Shown: positions 40,179-51,100 of the stretch, in pieces
Layout: each line of letters begins with the position of its first letter
Numbering within the stretch: the stretch's first letter is position 1
NCBI GenBank assembly: GCA_016186795.1
Contig: JACPKY010000002.1
Location: 218,593 to 282,592, forward strand
Origin: Candidatus Gottesmanbacteria bacterium
GTDB taxonomy: Bacteria > Patescibacteriota > Microgenomatia > 2-02-FULL-39-11
Length of the DNA: 64,000 bases
Reading direction: 5' to 3'
The notes under the pieces: generated by a model
Database searches by the model: none
Seen by the model: only the letters and a program-made list of their open reading frames with translations
Told to the model about the DNA's origin: nothing
Translations under genes and position numbers: made by a program

Positions 40179-41843
40179 TTAGCTTTTCTTTGTCTGCGCA
40201 CATGCTGAGATAAATTCAAGAAACAACGGGTGAGGATTTAATGGTCGTGCCTTAAATTCGGGATGGTACTGAGTGCCAACAAAAAATGGGTGGTCTTTTA
40301 GCTCGATTGCTTCTACCAGTAACCCATCAGGGGATACACCGGAGAATATCATCCCATTGTCTTCAAACATTTTTTTGTATGCATTATTAAACTCATATCG
40401 ATGTCTATGTCGTTCTTCAATTAAGGGGAGGGTATAGAGAGAATTCACCCCCATTTTCATCCATTTCTGATATGCATCAAATGTTAGTGTTCCCTCCTTC
40501 ACTTTGCATGGCCAGGCACCCAGACGGATCGTCCCCCCATACTGGAGTTTTTTTAGATACTCTTTCTGGTTGGGCATGATATGAATAATTGGGTGTGGTG
40601 TTGTTGGATCTGCTTCCTCGCTATGGGCTTCTTCTAATTTGCAAACGGATCGCGCAAATTCAATACAGGCAAGTTGCATACCAAAACATAACCCTAAATA
40701 GGGTATTTTATTCTTCCGGGCAAACCCAGCAGTTTGAATCTTCCCTTCAATTCCGCGGCTTCCCCACCCCTGAGGAACTATTAACCCGTCAAATCGGGAA
40801 AGAATTTCCTCAGCTCCTTTTTTCTCTACGTCAAGTGAATCTATCCAGACGATCTCGGGACTATACCCATTCCACCACGAAGCCTGTTTTACCGCTTCCA
40901 TAACACACACATATGAGTCTTCTAATGAAAAATCACCACTACGGAAATACTTCCCGACAATTCCAATTTTTACTTTCTTTTTGGCGGCAAGAATCTTTTG
41001 ATTGAATATATGCCATTTTGAAAGATCTGAGCTTCTTCTTTTAATACCGAACTTATCCAATATTCGATCAGTTAGCCCTTGGCTTTCAAGATACTCAGGA
41101 ACCTGGTAGATTGATGGCAAATCCGGATTGGAGAAGATATCTTTTTCGTCAACAGAACAAAACTTTGCGATTTTTCCTTTCCGTTCCTTGTCAATTTCTT
41201 TCACCGCTCGACCGACAATAATATCGGGTGCTATACCAGCCATATGAAGAAGCTGTACTGATGTTTGTACTGGTTTGGATTTGAGTTCTCCAAGTGAGGG
41301 AGGAAGCGGTAAGTATGCCACGTGGACATTCAAAACTTTTTCAGGATATTGCATCTCAAGCTCCCGTGCTGCTTCAAGAAACATTGCATTTTGGTACTCA
41401 CCGACGGTTCCTCCTATTTCAATAATTACGAAATCGGCTTTCGCCTGTTTGGCCAGAATAAAGAGTCTCCTATTGATTTCCTCTGGTATATGTGGAACCG
41501 TTTCAACACAAGCACCCTCATATTCAAGTCTCCGTTCCCTTTCGATAACAGACAGGTAGACCTGTCCCGCTGTCATATAGTTTGTCTTTGTTAAATTCTC
41601 GTTAATAAAGCGCTCGTAATGACCGAGATCTTGATCGGTTTCCATCCCATCTTCAGTAACGAAGGTCTCTCCATGAATTATCGGGTTCATTGTCCCTGCA
41701 TCGAGGTTCAAATATGGATCAGCTTTTATTGGGGCAACAGTAAATCCTGCGGATTTGAGAAGAAGAGCAATTGAGGAAGCAGTAATACCTTTCCCAAGGC
41801 CAGAAATTACTCCACCAGAAACGAAAATAAATTTGGTCGGCAT
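40179..41843 (-). CDS. pyrG: CTP synthase
   Basis: GGVISGLGKG, DPYLN, EIGGTVG, GLCFGMQ, RHRHRYE, QYHPEF. Confidence 0.97.
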   Translation of the reverse strand: MPTKFIFVSGGVISGLGKGITASSIALLLKSAGFTVAPIKADPYLNLDAGTMNPIIHGETFVTEDGMETDQDLGHYERFINENLTKTNYMTAGQVYLSVIERERRLEYEGACVETVPHIPEEINRRLFILAKQAKADFVIIEIGGTVGEYQNAMFLEAARELEMQYPEKVLNVHVAYLPLPPSLGELKSKPVQTSVQLLHMAGIAPDIIVGRAVKEIDKERKGKIAKFCSVDEKDIFSNPDLPSIYQVPEYLESQGLTDRILDKFGIKRRSSDLSKWHIFNQKILAAKKKVKIGIVGKYFRSGDFSLEDSYVCVMEAVKQASWWNGYSPEIVWIDSLDVEKKGAEEILSRFDGLIVPQGWGSRGIEGKIQTAGFARKNKIPYLGLCFGMQLACIEFARSVCKLEEAHSEEADPTTPHPIIHIMPNQKEYLKKLQYGGTIRLGAWPCKVKEGTLTFDAYQKWMKMGVNSLYTLPLIEERHRHRYEFNNAYKKMFEDNGMIFSGVSPDGLLVEAIELKDHPFFVGTQYHPEFKARPLNPHPLFLEFISACAQTKKS

Positions 41844-41848
41844 GTTTT

Positions 41849-41877
41849 AAGATACCAAAAGCCTTGTGGACTGTCAA
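41849..41877 (-). promoter_or_regulatory. Sigma70 promoter of the pyrG-pur operon (leaderless)
   Basis: TTGACA-17 nt-TATCTT, then 5 nt to the ATG. Confidence 0.65.
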
Positions 41878-41891
41878 GCGGGCAAATACAA

Positions 41892-42527
41892 CTAAACCAT
41901 CTTCATGCGGGCGAGATACTCTCTACCCTTTCCGACTCGTGTATTTATTGGAACATGCGCTCGACATAAGGGGCAATCCTTTTCATCCCACGCATCCATC
42001 TCAATTTCTGCAAGAGGAAAAAATGGAACACCCAAAGTCAGCTCATTTACTTCTTTGGGATTTCGATTTACCAAAACACAAACCGCGTGAATAACTCCCC
42101 CAGCACTTTGAACGCTTGCTATAACCTTTTTCACAGAACCACCTGTTGTTGTGATGTCCTCAACAATAAGTACCTTCTTCCCGGCAACAAGTTCATTGTA
42201 TCCGCGAGTAAGAATCTGGTTTTTCTCTGGAGTTTTTTCGGTATAGATACCCAAAATTTCACATCCCATAAGTATCGAGAGATGATATGCTGTCCATTGA
42301 GAAAGGATAATTCCTCCTAAGGCAGGGGATACAACTGCTTCTATACCTTCGCCTGAAAACCGAGTTGCAATCTCCATACAAATTTTTGAAACCTCTTTTG
42401 TATGAGGGTAAATTGCATCTTTGTTCAAATATTGCTTTCCGTGTTTTCCGGATGTGTAGACAATATGACTATCTTTTATGTAGCCACCAGTTTTTTCAAA
42501 GATTTCCAAAACCTCCTGTCCTGTCAT
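41892..42527 (-). CDS. pyrE: Orotate phosphoribosyltransferase
   Basis: HIVYTSGKH, PALGGI, VEDITTTGGS, pyr context. Confidence 0.9.
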   Translation of the reverse strand: MTGQEVLEIFEKTGGYIKDSHIVYTSGKHGKQYLNKDAIYPHTKEVSKICMEIATRFSGEGIEAVVSPALGGIILSQWTAYHLSILMGCEILGIYTEKTPEKNQILTRGYNELVAGKKVLIVEDITTTGGSVKKVIASVQSAGGVIHAVCVLVNRNPKEVNELTLGVPFFPLAEIEMDAWDEKDCPLCRAHVPINTRVGKGREYLARMKMV

Positions 42528-42529
42528 AT

Positions 42530-43351
42530 TTATCTCCTGTACGTATTGATGCGCATTTGTAATTTTTTGGCTTCGGAAGCTCCGATTTTAGCAAAATCTT
42601 CACCACTTCCAGCAAAAATAATTCCCCGTGATGAATTGATAATAGCATTGAAACCATTTTTATCAACACCTGCTTTGACTGTTTTTTTCACATCCCCACC
42701 TTGGGCCCCAATGCCAGGAATAAGGAGTGGCATTTCTCCGACCACGCGACGGACTACTTCTAGCTCATCCGGATATGTGGCGCCAAATATCAAACCACAG
42801 TTCCTATTATAATTCCAGTCCTTAGAAACATGCTCTGCAATAATTTCGTAGAGATGTTTCCCGGAAACAATAAGATCCTGAAACTCGTGTGCTCCGGCAT
42901 TTGAAGAACGACAATAAATAAACAACCCTTTCTCCTCCAATTCCAAAAATGGCTTCAATCCTTCTTTCCCAACATACCAATGAAGCGTTATTGCGTCTGC
43001 TTTTAGATACTCAAATGCAAATTTTATATAGCCAAGATTCGTACTCCCTATATCACCCCTTTTGGCATCGAGAATTATTGGGATTTCTGGATATGCTTCT
43101 TTTATATAATCTGTTGTTAATTTCAATTGATGAATACCACTGCTTCCTTCGGCTTCATAAAAGGCAGTATTGGGTTTATAAGCACAAACGAAGGGCGCAG
43201 TTGCATCAATAATCGCTTTATTAAATTCAAATTGGGGATGAGGACGCGCGCGGATATGACGAGGAATTTTTCCTCTATCACTATCAAGGCCGACACAAAG
43301 AAGTGAATTGTTCTTTTTTTGAATGAATAATAGTTTTTCCTGAAATTTCAT
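42530..43351 (-). CDS. pyrF: Orotidine-5'-phosphate decarboxylase (subfamily 2)
   Basis: LCVGLD, KPNTAF, DAKRGDIGST, PGIGAQGG, NSSR. Confidence 0.95.
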   Translation of the reverse strand: MKFQEKLLFIQKKNNSLLCVGLDSDRGKIPRHIRARPHPQFEFNKAIIDATAPFVCAYKPNTAFYEAEGSSGIHQLKLTTDYIKEAYPEIPIILDAKRGDIGSTNLGYIKFAFEYLKADAITLHWYVGKEGLKPFLELEEKGLFIYCRSSNAGAHEFQDLIVSGKHLYEIIAEHVSKDWNYNRNCGLIFGATYPDELEVVRRVVGEMPLLIPGIGAQGGDVKKTVKAGVDKNGFNAIINSSRGIIFAGSGEDFAKIGASEAKKLQMRINTYRR

Positions 43352-43354
43352 ATG

Positions 43355-43792
43355 TTATTTACCACTTACCAAAAGTATGCCGGCAATACTTAGTACTACT
43401 CCAACTATTTGTGGTATTGATAGGGAGTCTTTCAATAAAAAAACGCCAATAAGAACTCCAAAGATTATTTGTGCTGGAGAACTCAGAGAAATTATTTTGG
43501 ATAGCGTCCCAAAATGAAGTGCCAAATAGTTTAAAAAAACGGCTGCGACAAGAGATATACCTGCAAGTGTTGCAAACAATATGCCTTGAGAATTTAATCC
43601 GCTGAAATCTTTTTTATTTGAAAACAGAAAAATAAGAAAACCCAATATGAGAGTTGCTACAGCAAGTTCAATAATAAATGCAATATGGATTGGAATAGTT
43701 ATTGCTGCCTGTTTTCGAAACAAAAAGATGAGCGCAAAAAGAAATGCACTTCCAATTGCGTAAGAAAATACGGCAAATTGGCTAGTTTCCAT
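43355..43792 (-). CDS. Single-domain EamA/DMT transporter
   Basis: 5 TM, C-terminal FLLKDSLS..QIVGVVLSIAGILLV. Confidence 0.8.
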   Translation of the reverse strand: METSQFAVFSYAIGSAFLFALIFLFRKQAAITIPIHIAFIIELAVATLILGFLIFLFSNKKDFSGLNSQGILFATLAGISLVAAVFLNYLALHFGTLSKIISLSSPAQIIFGVLIGVFLLKDSLSIPQIVGVVLSIAGILLVSGK

Positions 43793-44708
43793 GTGCAACT
43801 CCGACAATATCTTTCAAATTTTTAATCCCAACTTTTTCCATATAGGTGGACACATCTCGTTTCAACTCATCATAGACTTTCATTCCTTTGAGATACGTTG
43901 CGGTGCCTACCCCGACAAGAGTTGCTCCGGCAATGATAATTTCAATAACGTCCTGCCATTTTGTCACTCCCCCCATTGCAAGGATGGGGATCTTCACTGC
44001 TTCATAAATATCATAGACGCATCGAACCGTGATCGGAAATATTCCTGGACCAGAGACTCCACCTTCTTTATTTCCCAAGACTGGCTTTTTTTTATGAATA
44101 TCGATAATCATTCCTGGTCCAAAAGTGTTACTGGCTACAATTGCATCAGCTCCAGCATCTTCACACGATTTGGCAATTTCTCCAATTTCGGTAACATTCG
44201 GAGACAGTTTTGCCAAAATTGGAATTTTCCTGGATACTTTTTTTACTGCAGTTATAACTTTTCCTGCAGCACCTTCTTCCATCCCCAAAGCAGTACCTAA
44301 CTCATCGACTGTATTTGGACACGAAAGATTGAGTTCGATAAATTGTGGATTGAATGGAGCGATTTTTTCGACCAACTCAACAAATTCTATAACACGGGTT
44401 GAGAAAAGACTTATAATAATCGGCGTTTCTTTCCCATAGAGCTTTAGGAAGTGAGCTACTTCCTGGCTTCCTTTTTCAATCCCTGCATTTCGTAGTCCTA
44501 CACTATTAAGCATCCCGTACTCATATTTCCATATTCTCGGTAAAGGGTTTCCCTCTCGTCTCTCTTTCGTTAAAGATTTCAAAGTTACCCCTCCAACACC
44601 TGCCTCAATTGCTTTTTTATGCTCAGGAATTTCGGTAATAATTCCTGATGGAAGAACAAAAGGGTTGGAAAATTTTACTCCACAAAACGTGACTGATAAA
44701 TCCGCCAT
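43782..44708 (-). CDS. pyrD: Dihydroorotate dehydrogenase family 1, catalytic subunit
   Basis: GNPLPRI, NSVGLRN, ELNLSCPN, KLSPN, GGVSG. Confidence 0.93.
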   Translation of the reverse strand: MADLSVTFCGVKFSNPFVLPSGIITEIPEHKKAIEAGVGGVTLKSLTKERREGNPLPRIWKYEYGMLNSVGLRNAGIEKGSQEVAHFLKLYGKETPIIISLFSTRVIEFVELVEKIAPFNPQFIELNLSCPNTVDELGTALGMEEGAAGKVITAVKKVSRKIPILAKLSPNVTEIGEIAKSCEDAGADAIVASNTFGPGMIIDIHKKKPVLGNKEGGVSGPGIFPITVRCVYDIYEAVKIPILAMGGVTKWQDVIEIIIAGATLVGVGTATYLKGMKVYDELKRDVSTYMEKVGIKNLKDIVGVAHGN

Positions 44709-44776
44709 GGTGGCTATACTATAACAGCTCGTTTTGGCCCAAGCAAGATTACCTTGACAAACAAAGCATAATCCTT

Positions 44777-46213
44777 ATGATGGGAGAAATGAAAACGATG
44801 CGCGATGAAAAGGACTCACTTGGTACTGTTGCAGTACCAAAATATGCCTATTATGGTGCTCAAACGGTTCGAGCACAAGAAAATTTCCTAATCTCCGGGA
44901 TAACGTCACATGATGAGTATATCCAATCAATCGTTGTTATTAAAAAAGCCGCAGCTCGGGTCAATCATACACTCGGTTTCCTTCCCTTGAAATTTTCTCA
45001 AGCTATTGAAACGGTCTGTGATGAAATACGAGATGGAAAATTCTCTGACCAATTTATTGTTGATGTGTATCAGGCAGGAGCTGGAACGTCTATCCACATG
45101 AATGTAAATGAAGTAATTGCAAATCGAGCCAACGAACTTCTAGACTCTCCCAAAGGCTCGTATAGTCCCCTCCACCCAAACGATCACATAAATATGGCGC
45201 AGTCAACAAATGATGTCATCCCAACAGCCATCCGTATTGCAGTACTTACTATTTTGCCAAAACTATTTCGCATACTTATTCTTCTTGAAAAGGAATTTAT
45301 CAGAAAAGAAAGGGACTTTCATTCCATACTTAAGCCTGGTCGTACGCACCTTCAAGACGCAGTCCCAATCCTCTTAGGCCAGGAATTCTCAGCCTACGGG
45401 GTAGCAATTCAAAAAGATAGGAAACGCATCAATAAATCAAGTGAGAAACTCCTGGCAATTGGAATTGGAGGTACTGCGGTTGGCACCGGTATTAATAGTC
45501 ATCCCCGTTTCCACCGCTTAATGGTTACAGAGCTTCAAACCCTTACAAAGCTCCCGCTTCGTTCCAATAAAAACCTTTTTGAATCAATGCAAAATGCTGC
45601 AGATTTTTTGGAACTTTCCTCTTCTCTTCGAATTCTCGCACAAACATGTATACGGATTGGTAATGATCTGCGACTCTTATCTTCTGGTCCAAAAGCCGGA
45701 CTATCGGAAATTCGACTCCCGGAAGTACAACCTGGATCATCAATTATGCCGGGAAAAGTAAACCCCTCAATTATTGAAATGCTGACAATGGTTTGTTTTC
45801 AAGTAATTGGTATGGACCTGTCAATACTTCTTGCTAGCCAAGCAGGTCAACTCGAATTAAATGTTATGTATCCTCTTATCGCTTATAACCTTCTTGAACA
45901 AATACGGCTTTTAACTTCTGCGCTAACGAGCTTTCAGGAAAATTGTTTGAAAGGCATTACGGCAAACCCACGAGTGTGTGCTGCGGCCCTTTCAAGTTCT
46001 CACTCCCTGGCAACCCTTTTGACGCCCCTCTTTGGCTTTGACAAAACCGCAAAAATTGTAAAAGATTCTTACGTCAAAAATATACCGCTTGAGAGAATAC
46101 TTGTAGAGGAAAAGTATATGGAAAAAGTTCAGATAAATAAAATCTTTCATCCCCTTCGAATAACCAAGCCGAACCGGAGTTCTATGAAAGAGAAGATTTA
46201 CCCAAAGAAATGA
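44777..46213 (+). CDS. aspA: Aspartate ammonia-lyase (fumarase/aspartase superfamily)
   Basis: YYGAQT, QAGAGTS (aspartase-like, not FumC QTGSGT), GRTHLQDA, GSSIMPGKVNP. Start may be 44789. Confidence 0.8.
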   Translation: MMGEMKTMRDEKDSLGTVAVPKYAYYGAQTVRAQENFLISGITSHDEYIQSIVVIKKAAARVNHTLGFLPLKFSQAIETVCDEIRDGKFSDQFIVDVYQAGAGTSIHMNVNEVIANRANELLDSPKGSYSPLHPNDHINMAQSTNDVIPTAIRIAVLTILPKLFRILILLEKEFIRKERDFHSILKPGRTHLQDAVPILLGQEFSAYGVAIQKDRKRINKSSEKLLAIGIGGTAVGTGINSHPRFHRLMVTELQTLTKLPLRSNKNLFESMQNAADFLELSSSLRILAQTCIRIGNDLRLLSSGPKAGLSEIRLPEVQPGSSIMPGKVNPSIIEMLTMVCFQVIGMDLSILLASQAGQLELNVMYPLIAYNLLEQIRLLTSALTSFQENCLKGITANPRVCAAALSSSHSLATLLTPLFGFDKTAKIVKDSYVKNIPLERILVEEKYMEKVQINKIFHPLRITKPNRSSMKEKIYPKK

Positions 46214-47262
46214 TTTTTACCAAAACCGGCAGATACAAGAACCGTACCTTCAGAATAAACCTTCCTACCGGCAATAAAGACGTTTTTCACTTTTCCAAAA
46301 ACCCGTTTTCCCTCAAATGGACTCCATCCACATTTTGTGAAGTAGGAAGATTCTCCGATAGTATAGTCTTCCTCTGAATCGATTTCGGTATACGTATTGG
46401 GATCTTGCCCTATGCCAAAAATTCTTCGTGGGTTGGTATTGGTCATGCGGATAATATCTTCAATGTACAATCTTTTTTCGTATACTGCAGTCATAAGAAG
46501 CGGAAGCATTATTTCCAAGCCAGGCATACCAAATGGAGAATTCTTGGATTTTTTTTCTTCTTGCGTATGCGGAGCATGATCAGTAGCTATACAATCAATA
46601 TCGCTTAAATGATCCCATAAATAATCAACATCTTTTTGACTGCCAAGAGGAGGTTTTACTGTAGCCAAATTTTGATATTTTTTGGCATAAGCATCAGTCA
46701 GAAATAAATGGTGTGGTGTAACGTCGCATGTTACGTCCAGTCCCTTTTTCCTCCCCAATAAAACATTCTCAAGCGCTTCTCGCGTTGCAATATGAGTCAC
46801 GTGTATCTTTTTTTTGAATCGTAGTGCCAATTTACAAGCAAGATTTATTTTTTCCCCCTCTGCATGTACAACAATTGGTTTGATTTTCGGCCAGGTTGCA
46901 AAAATATTTTTAAGTAGATGAACATCTTCAACAAAATAGTTTCCAGTTGTCGAAGTCAAATATACTTTTAACCCGGCAACCTTGTTGGCTACATACTGAA
47001 ATTCATGCGTATTTTTACCATCTGTACCAAAGTATAGCCCCCAGTCACACACGGCTTTTTGCCTTGCAATTTCCATTTTTTCTTCAAGTGCAACTTTTGT
47101 AAAAATAGGAACGACATTATTTGGCATATCAAAAACAGTCGTAACTCCACCAGCGAGTGCAGCACAAGTTCCGGTGAAAAAATCTTCTTTGTGGGTTTGA
47201 CCAGGATCACGCAAATGGACATGGATATCGATTAGTCCGGGGAGGCTCAAAATTCTACTCAT
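46198..47262 (-). CDS. pyrC: Dihydroorotase (CAD-like short type)
   Basis: DIHVHLRDPG, DMPN, GLKVYL, TPHHL, TDHAPH. Confidence 0.92.
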   Translation of the reverse strand: MSRILSLPGLIDIHVHLRDPGQTHKEDFFTGTCAALAGGVTTVFDMPNNVVPIFTKVALEEKMEIARQKAVCDWGLYFGTDGKNTHEFQYVANKVAGLKVYLTSTTGNYFVEDVHLLKNIFATWPKIKPIVVHAEGEKINLACKLALRFKKKIHVTHIATREALENVLLGRKKGLDVTCDVTPHHLFLTDAYAKKYQNLATVKPPLGSQKDVDYLWDHLSDIDCIATDHAPHTQEEKKSKNSPFGMPGLEIMLPLLMTAVYEKRLYIEDIIRMTNTNPRRIFGIGQDPNTYTEIDSEEDYTIGESSYFTKCGWSPFEGKRVFGKVKNVFIAGRKVYSEGTVLVSAGFGKNHFFG

Positions 47263-48194
47263 GAAGCTTTTCTTAAAATTAAGTCCAAAAGTGCCATCCT
47301 CACATACAAACCATTCCGTACTTGAGTAGTTAAATAAAGACTTCGGGGATCGCTATCAACGTCAGCATGAATTTCATCAACCCGGGGTAAACAATGTAGA
47401 ATGATACTTTTTTTCTTCATTTGACGAACCATTGTCTTATCAACAATATAGCTTCCTTTAACTTGTTTATATAAACTTTCCGACATGTACTCTTTTTTTA
47501 CGCGTGTCACATACAAAACATCAACTTCTGGCAAAATATCTTGAAAATCCGAATACTCTTTAAAGGAAACTTTTTTCTTTTTCAAATATGACGTTACTTC
47601 CTCTTGCATTGGAACTTGCTTTGGAGTAGACATACTTATTTTTACGTTGGGATAGAGAGCGAGAAGTTTGGAGAGTGAATTTGTCGGTCGATAATGTGCA
47701 AGATCACCAATGAGTAAAATGTGGAGCCCATCGATTTTTCCAAAAACGTTCTCTATCGTATACGCATCAATAAGAGCTTGCGTTGGATGTTCTCCAATGC
47801 CATCTCCCGCATTAATAATCGGTTTTGCTGCATATTCTACGGCGTTTGCAATGGATCCGGGATCTGGATGACGCATGACAAGAATATCGGCATAACTGGA
47901 AAATACTCGTACTGTATCTTCTAATGTCTCGCCTTTTATAACAGATGTATGTGACATACCGTTTAATGGGATTACTCCTCCTCCTAACCTTTGCATAGCA
48001 CTAATAAAGGAAGAAAATGTTCGAGTTGAAGGTTCGTAGAATAATGCTGCTAAAATTTTGTGTTTCAATCGGTCATCGCCGCCTTTCTCCTCACAAAGAG
48101 TTCGCATTTCTTCCGCTTTCCGAAAAACAAGGGTAACATCTTCGCCGGTGAGATGTTCAACGGTAACGAAGCTTTGACTGAAAAACCTATTCAT
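47259..48194 (-). CDS. pyrB: Aspartate carbamoyltransferase catalytic subunit
   Basis: FYEPSTRT, KGETLEDT, MRH, EHPTQ, LHCLPR. Confidence 0.95.
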   Translation of the reverse strand: MNRFFSQSFVTVEHLTGEDVTLVFRKAEEMRTLCEEKGGDDRLKHKILAALFYEPSTRTFSSFISAMQRLGGGVIPLNGMSHTSVIKGETLEDTVRVFSSYADILVMRHPDPGSIANAVEYAAKPIINAGDGIGEHPTQALIDAYTIENVFGKIDGLHILLIGDLAHYRPTNSLSKLLALYPNVKISMSTPKQVPMQEEVTSYLKKKKVSFKEYSDFQDILPEVDVLYVTRVKKEYMSESLYKQVKGSYIVDKTMVRQMKKKSIILHCLPRVDEIHADVDSDPRSLYLTTQVRNGLYVRMALLDLILRKAS

Positions 48195-51100
48195 ATCGTT
48201 CTCCTTTCCCAACATAATCACTCCATGATTTTATAGACAGTGTCTCAAGTCTATACCTTTCGAGAGCAGAAACAAATAGTGAAGCAATTGTCGCCTTCGT
48301 AAAAAGAGGCGTATTTGTATCAACTGTTGCCCTTCTGATCAAATATCCATCAGTTTCTTGCCTTTTTAGTTCTTGAATTGCAAGATCACTTCTATCTGAT
48401 AAATTGATAACCATTCCAACTTTTTTCGTCTTAATGATATCAACAACGTTTGGTCGCTTTTTCTCATGCACTTTATATACAAACGTACACGCAATACCAT
48501 TTGCCTGAAAAAACCTTGAAGTATTTTCAGTCCCGTACAACTTGAATCCTAGCTGATACAATTTTCGAGCAACGGGGAGGAGTCGATTTTTCCCTTCCTC
48601 TCCTCCAAGGGAAAAAAGCGCTCGTTTTTGCGGCATTGGAATTCCGGTTGAAAGAAGGGCTTTGAGATATGCTTCGTATAACGTATCACCAAAACACGCG
48701 ACTTCTCCTGTTGATGCCATTTCAACTCGCAAAACCGGATCTGCTTGTCGAAGTCTTGTGAAAGAAAAGTGCGGAACTTTCACTCCAAAATATTTCGGAC
48801 GGATGTAAGGGATTGCTTCAACGGTTTTCCCAAGCATTATTTTGGTTGCCATCGTTATAAAATTAATATGAAAGACTTTCGATACAAAAGGGAAACTTCG
48901 TGAAGCTCGAAGATTTGCCTCAATGACCAAAACGTGCGGAAGTCTTTCTCCGTTTTCGCTTAAAAGATACTGAATATTGAATGGCCCGTGAATCTTCAGG
49001 TGACGTGCAATTTTTTGAGATATCTCCTGAATTGATTCAAGAGAGGCAGAACCCAAAGAAAATGTTGGAAGAACGAGACTTGCATCACCAGAATGTACTC
49101 CAGAATGCTCAACATGCTCAGAAATTGCAGATACGACAATCTCTCCATTTTGAGAAACAGCATCAAAATCTATCTCTTTGGCACCGCGGATAAACTTTGA
49201 AATAACGATCGGATATTCAGGATTAACTTCGGTTGATGCTTGATTCAAATACTCGGTTAACTGTTTTTGAGAATATGCCACCATCATCGCTTTTCCAGAT
49301 AGAACATAGGATGGACGTACTAAAACTGGATACCCAATTCTTTCAGAGAATGTCAACGCATCCGCTTTTGTGGTTAACCGCTTCCATTGTGGTTGATCGA
49401 TACCAAGTCGATCCAATAGCGCTGAGAACTTCTCCCGATCTTCTGCGTTATCAATTGATTCTGGTTTTGTTCCCAGAAGTTTTACGCCACTACCTGCCAG
49501 TTTTGGTGCTAGCGTGTTTGGAATCTGTCCGCCGACGGAAACAATAAAAGGGCATTTTTCCTTATCTGCAATATCAAGAATTCTTTCAAGCGTTAGTTCT
49601 TCAAAATAGAGTTTATTTGAAATATCATAGTCAGTCGAAACCGTTTCTGGATTTGAGTTGATCATGATCGGAGAAAATCCAAGCTTTTTGGCGGTTAGAA
49701 CACTATTGACAGCACACCAGTCAAACTCAACGGAAGAACCTATCTGATATGGACCACCGCCTATTATCGCCACTTGGTTTCTTTCACCTGTTTCAATATC
49801 ATCACGGATCCGATGATAGGAAAGATATAAGTAATTTGTCTTTGCAGGAAACTCACCAGCGAGAGTATCAATCTGACATACGTGCGGTACTATTTCCCAA
49901 TCTTTCCGTACTTTCCTTACGTCTCTCGGCCTTTTCCCAAACACCTTTCCAATTTGCTTGTCAGAAAAGCCGGATTGTTTCAATTCTCGCAGGAAAAGAG
50001 GAGTCAAGGCCTTTGTCGAAAGCATTTTCTTATAGAGGGAAACTATGCTGGCAATTCTTTCGATAAACCATCTGTCGATTCCTGTTGCCTTGGTAATTTC
50101 TTCAGCTTTCTGTCCGTAAAAAAGATTGAAGGCAATATTATAGATCCGTGCTGGTGTCGGACGAAGATCTTTCAACGGTGGCTTCCCGCTCGTTACAAAT
50201 TCTTGAGAAAGATCATCCGAAATAACACCTTCATATTCAAGGTCGAGAGACCGAATTCCTTTCTGTATTGCCTCTTCAAACGTCCTTCCAATCGCCATAA
50301 CCTCACCAACGCTTTGCATCTCGCTTCCAATTGTTTCGTTCATGTCCTTAAACTTGAGAAAATCCCACCGCGGAATTTTAACAACGACATAATCAAGAGC
50401 AGGCTCAAAGAATGCGCGTGTAGCTTTTGTTACTTGATTTTGAATTTCAGAAAGGTTAAAGCCTACGGCAAGTTTTGCAGCGATGTACGCAAGAGGGTAC
50501 CCAGTTGCTTTCGATGCTAGTGCAGACGATCTTGATAGTCTGGCATTTACTTCTATGATCCGGTAATCTCCATTGTCAGGACTCAAAGCATACTGAATAT
50601 TACATTCCCCAACAATTGGGAGTTCAGAAACAATTTTGATCGCAATTTCACGAAGTCGGTGATATTCTTCGTTCGTTAATGTTTGAGATGGAGCAACGAC
50701 AATTGACTCACCTGTGTGAATTCCCATTGGATCGAAATTTTCCATATTACAAACAGTGATCGTGTTATTGTAACGATCACGAACCACTTCATATTCAATT
50801 TCCTTCCAATGCTCTAAATACTCCTCTACCAAAATTTGTGGTGCTTGTGAAAGAGCACTTTTTGCTATTTTTGTAAGTTCTTCACGTCTCCTGGCAACTC
50901 CAGAACCTAATCCTCCAAGTGAATAGCCAGCACGAACAATTACCGGAAACTGACAGGTTGATCTTACTTTCTCCACGTCTTTCATTGTCCGGCAAAGTCG
51001 ACTTACCGGAACTTTAAATCCCAAAGACTCGATTGTTTTACGAAATTTCAATCTATCTTCCGTCTTATCAACTGCCGAAACAGGTGTCCCCAAAACAGAG

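Noticed and set aside
41844-41891. Bacillus-type pyrG reiterative-transcription attenuator
   Set aside because: The promoter is only 5 nt from the ATG, leaving no GGGC leader or terminator.
44777-46213. Fumarase FumC
   Set aside because: QAGAGTS matches aspartase better than FumC QTGSGT, although FumC is not fully excluded.
49882-50520. 212-aa antisense ORF in carB and the many other short nested ORFs
   Set aside because: They are shadow frames of well-supported genes and have no motifs.
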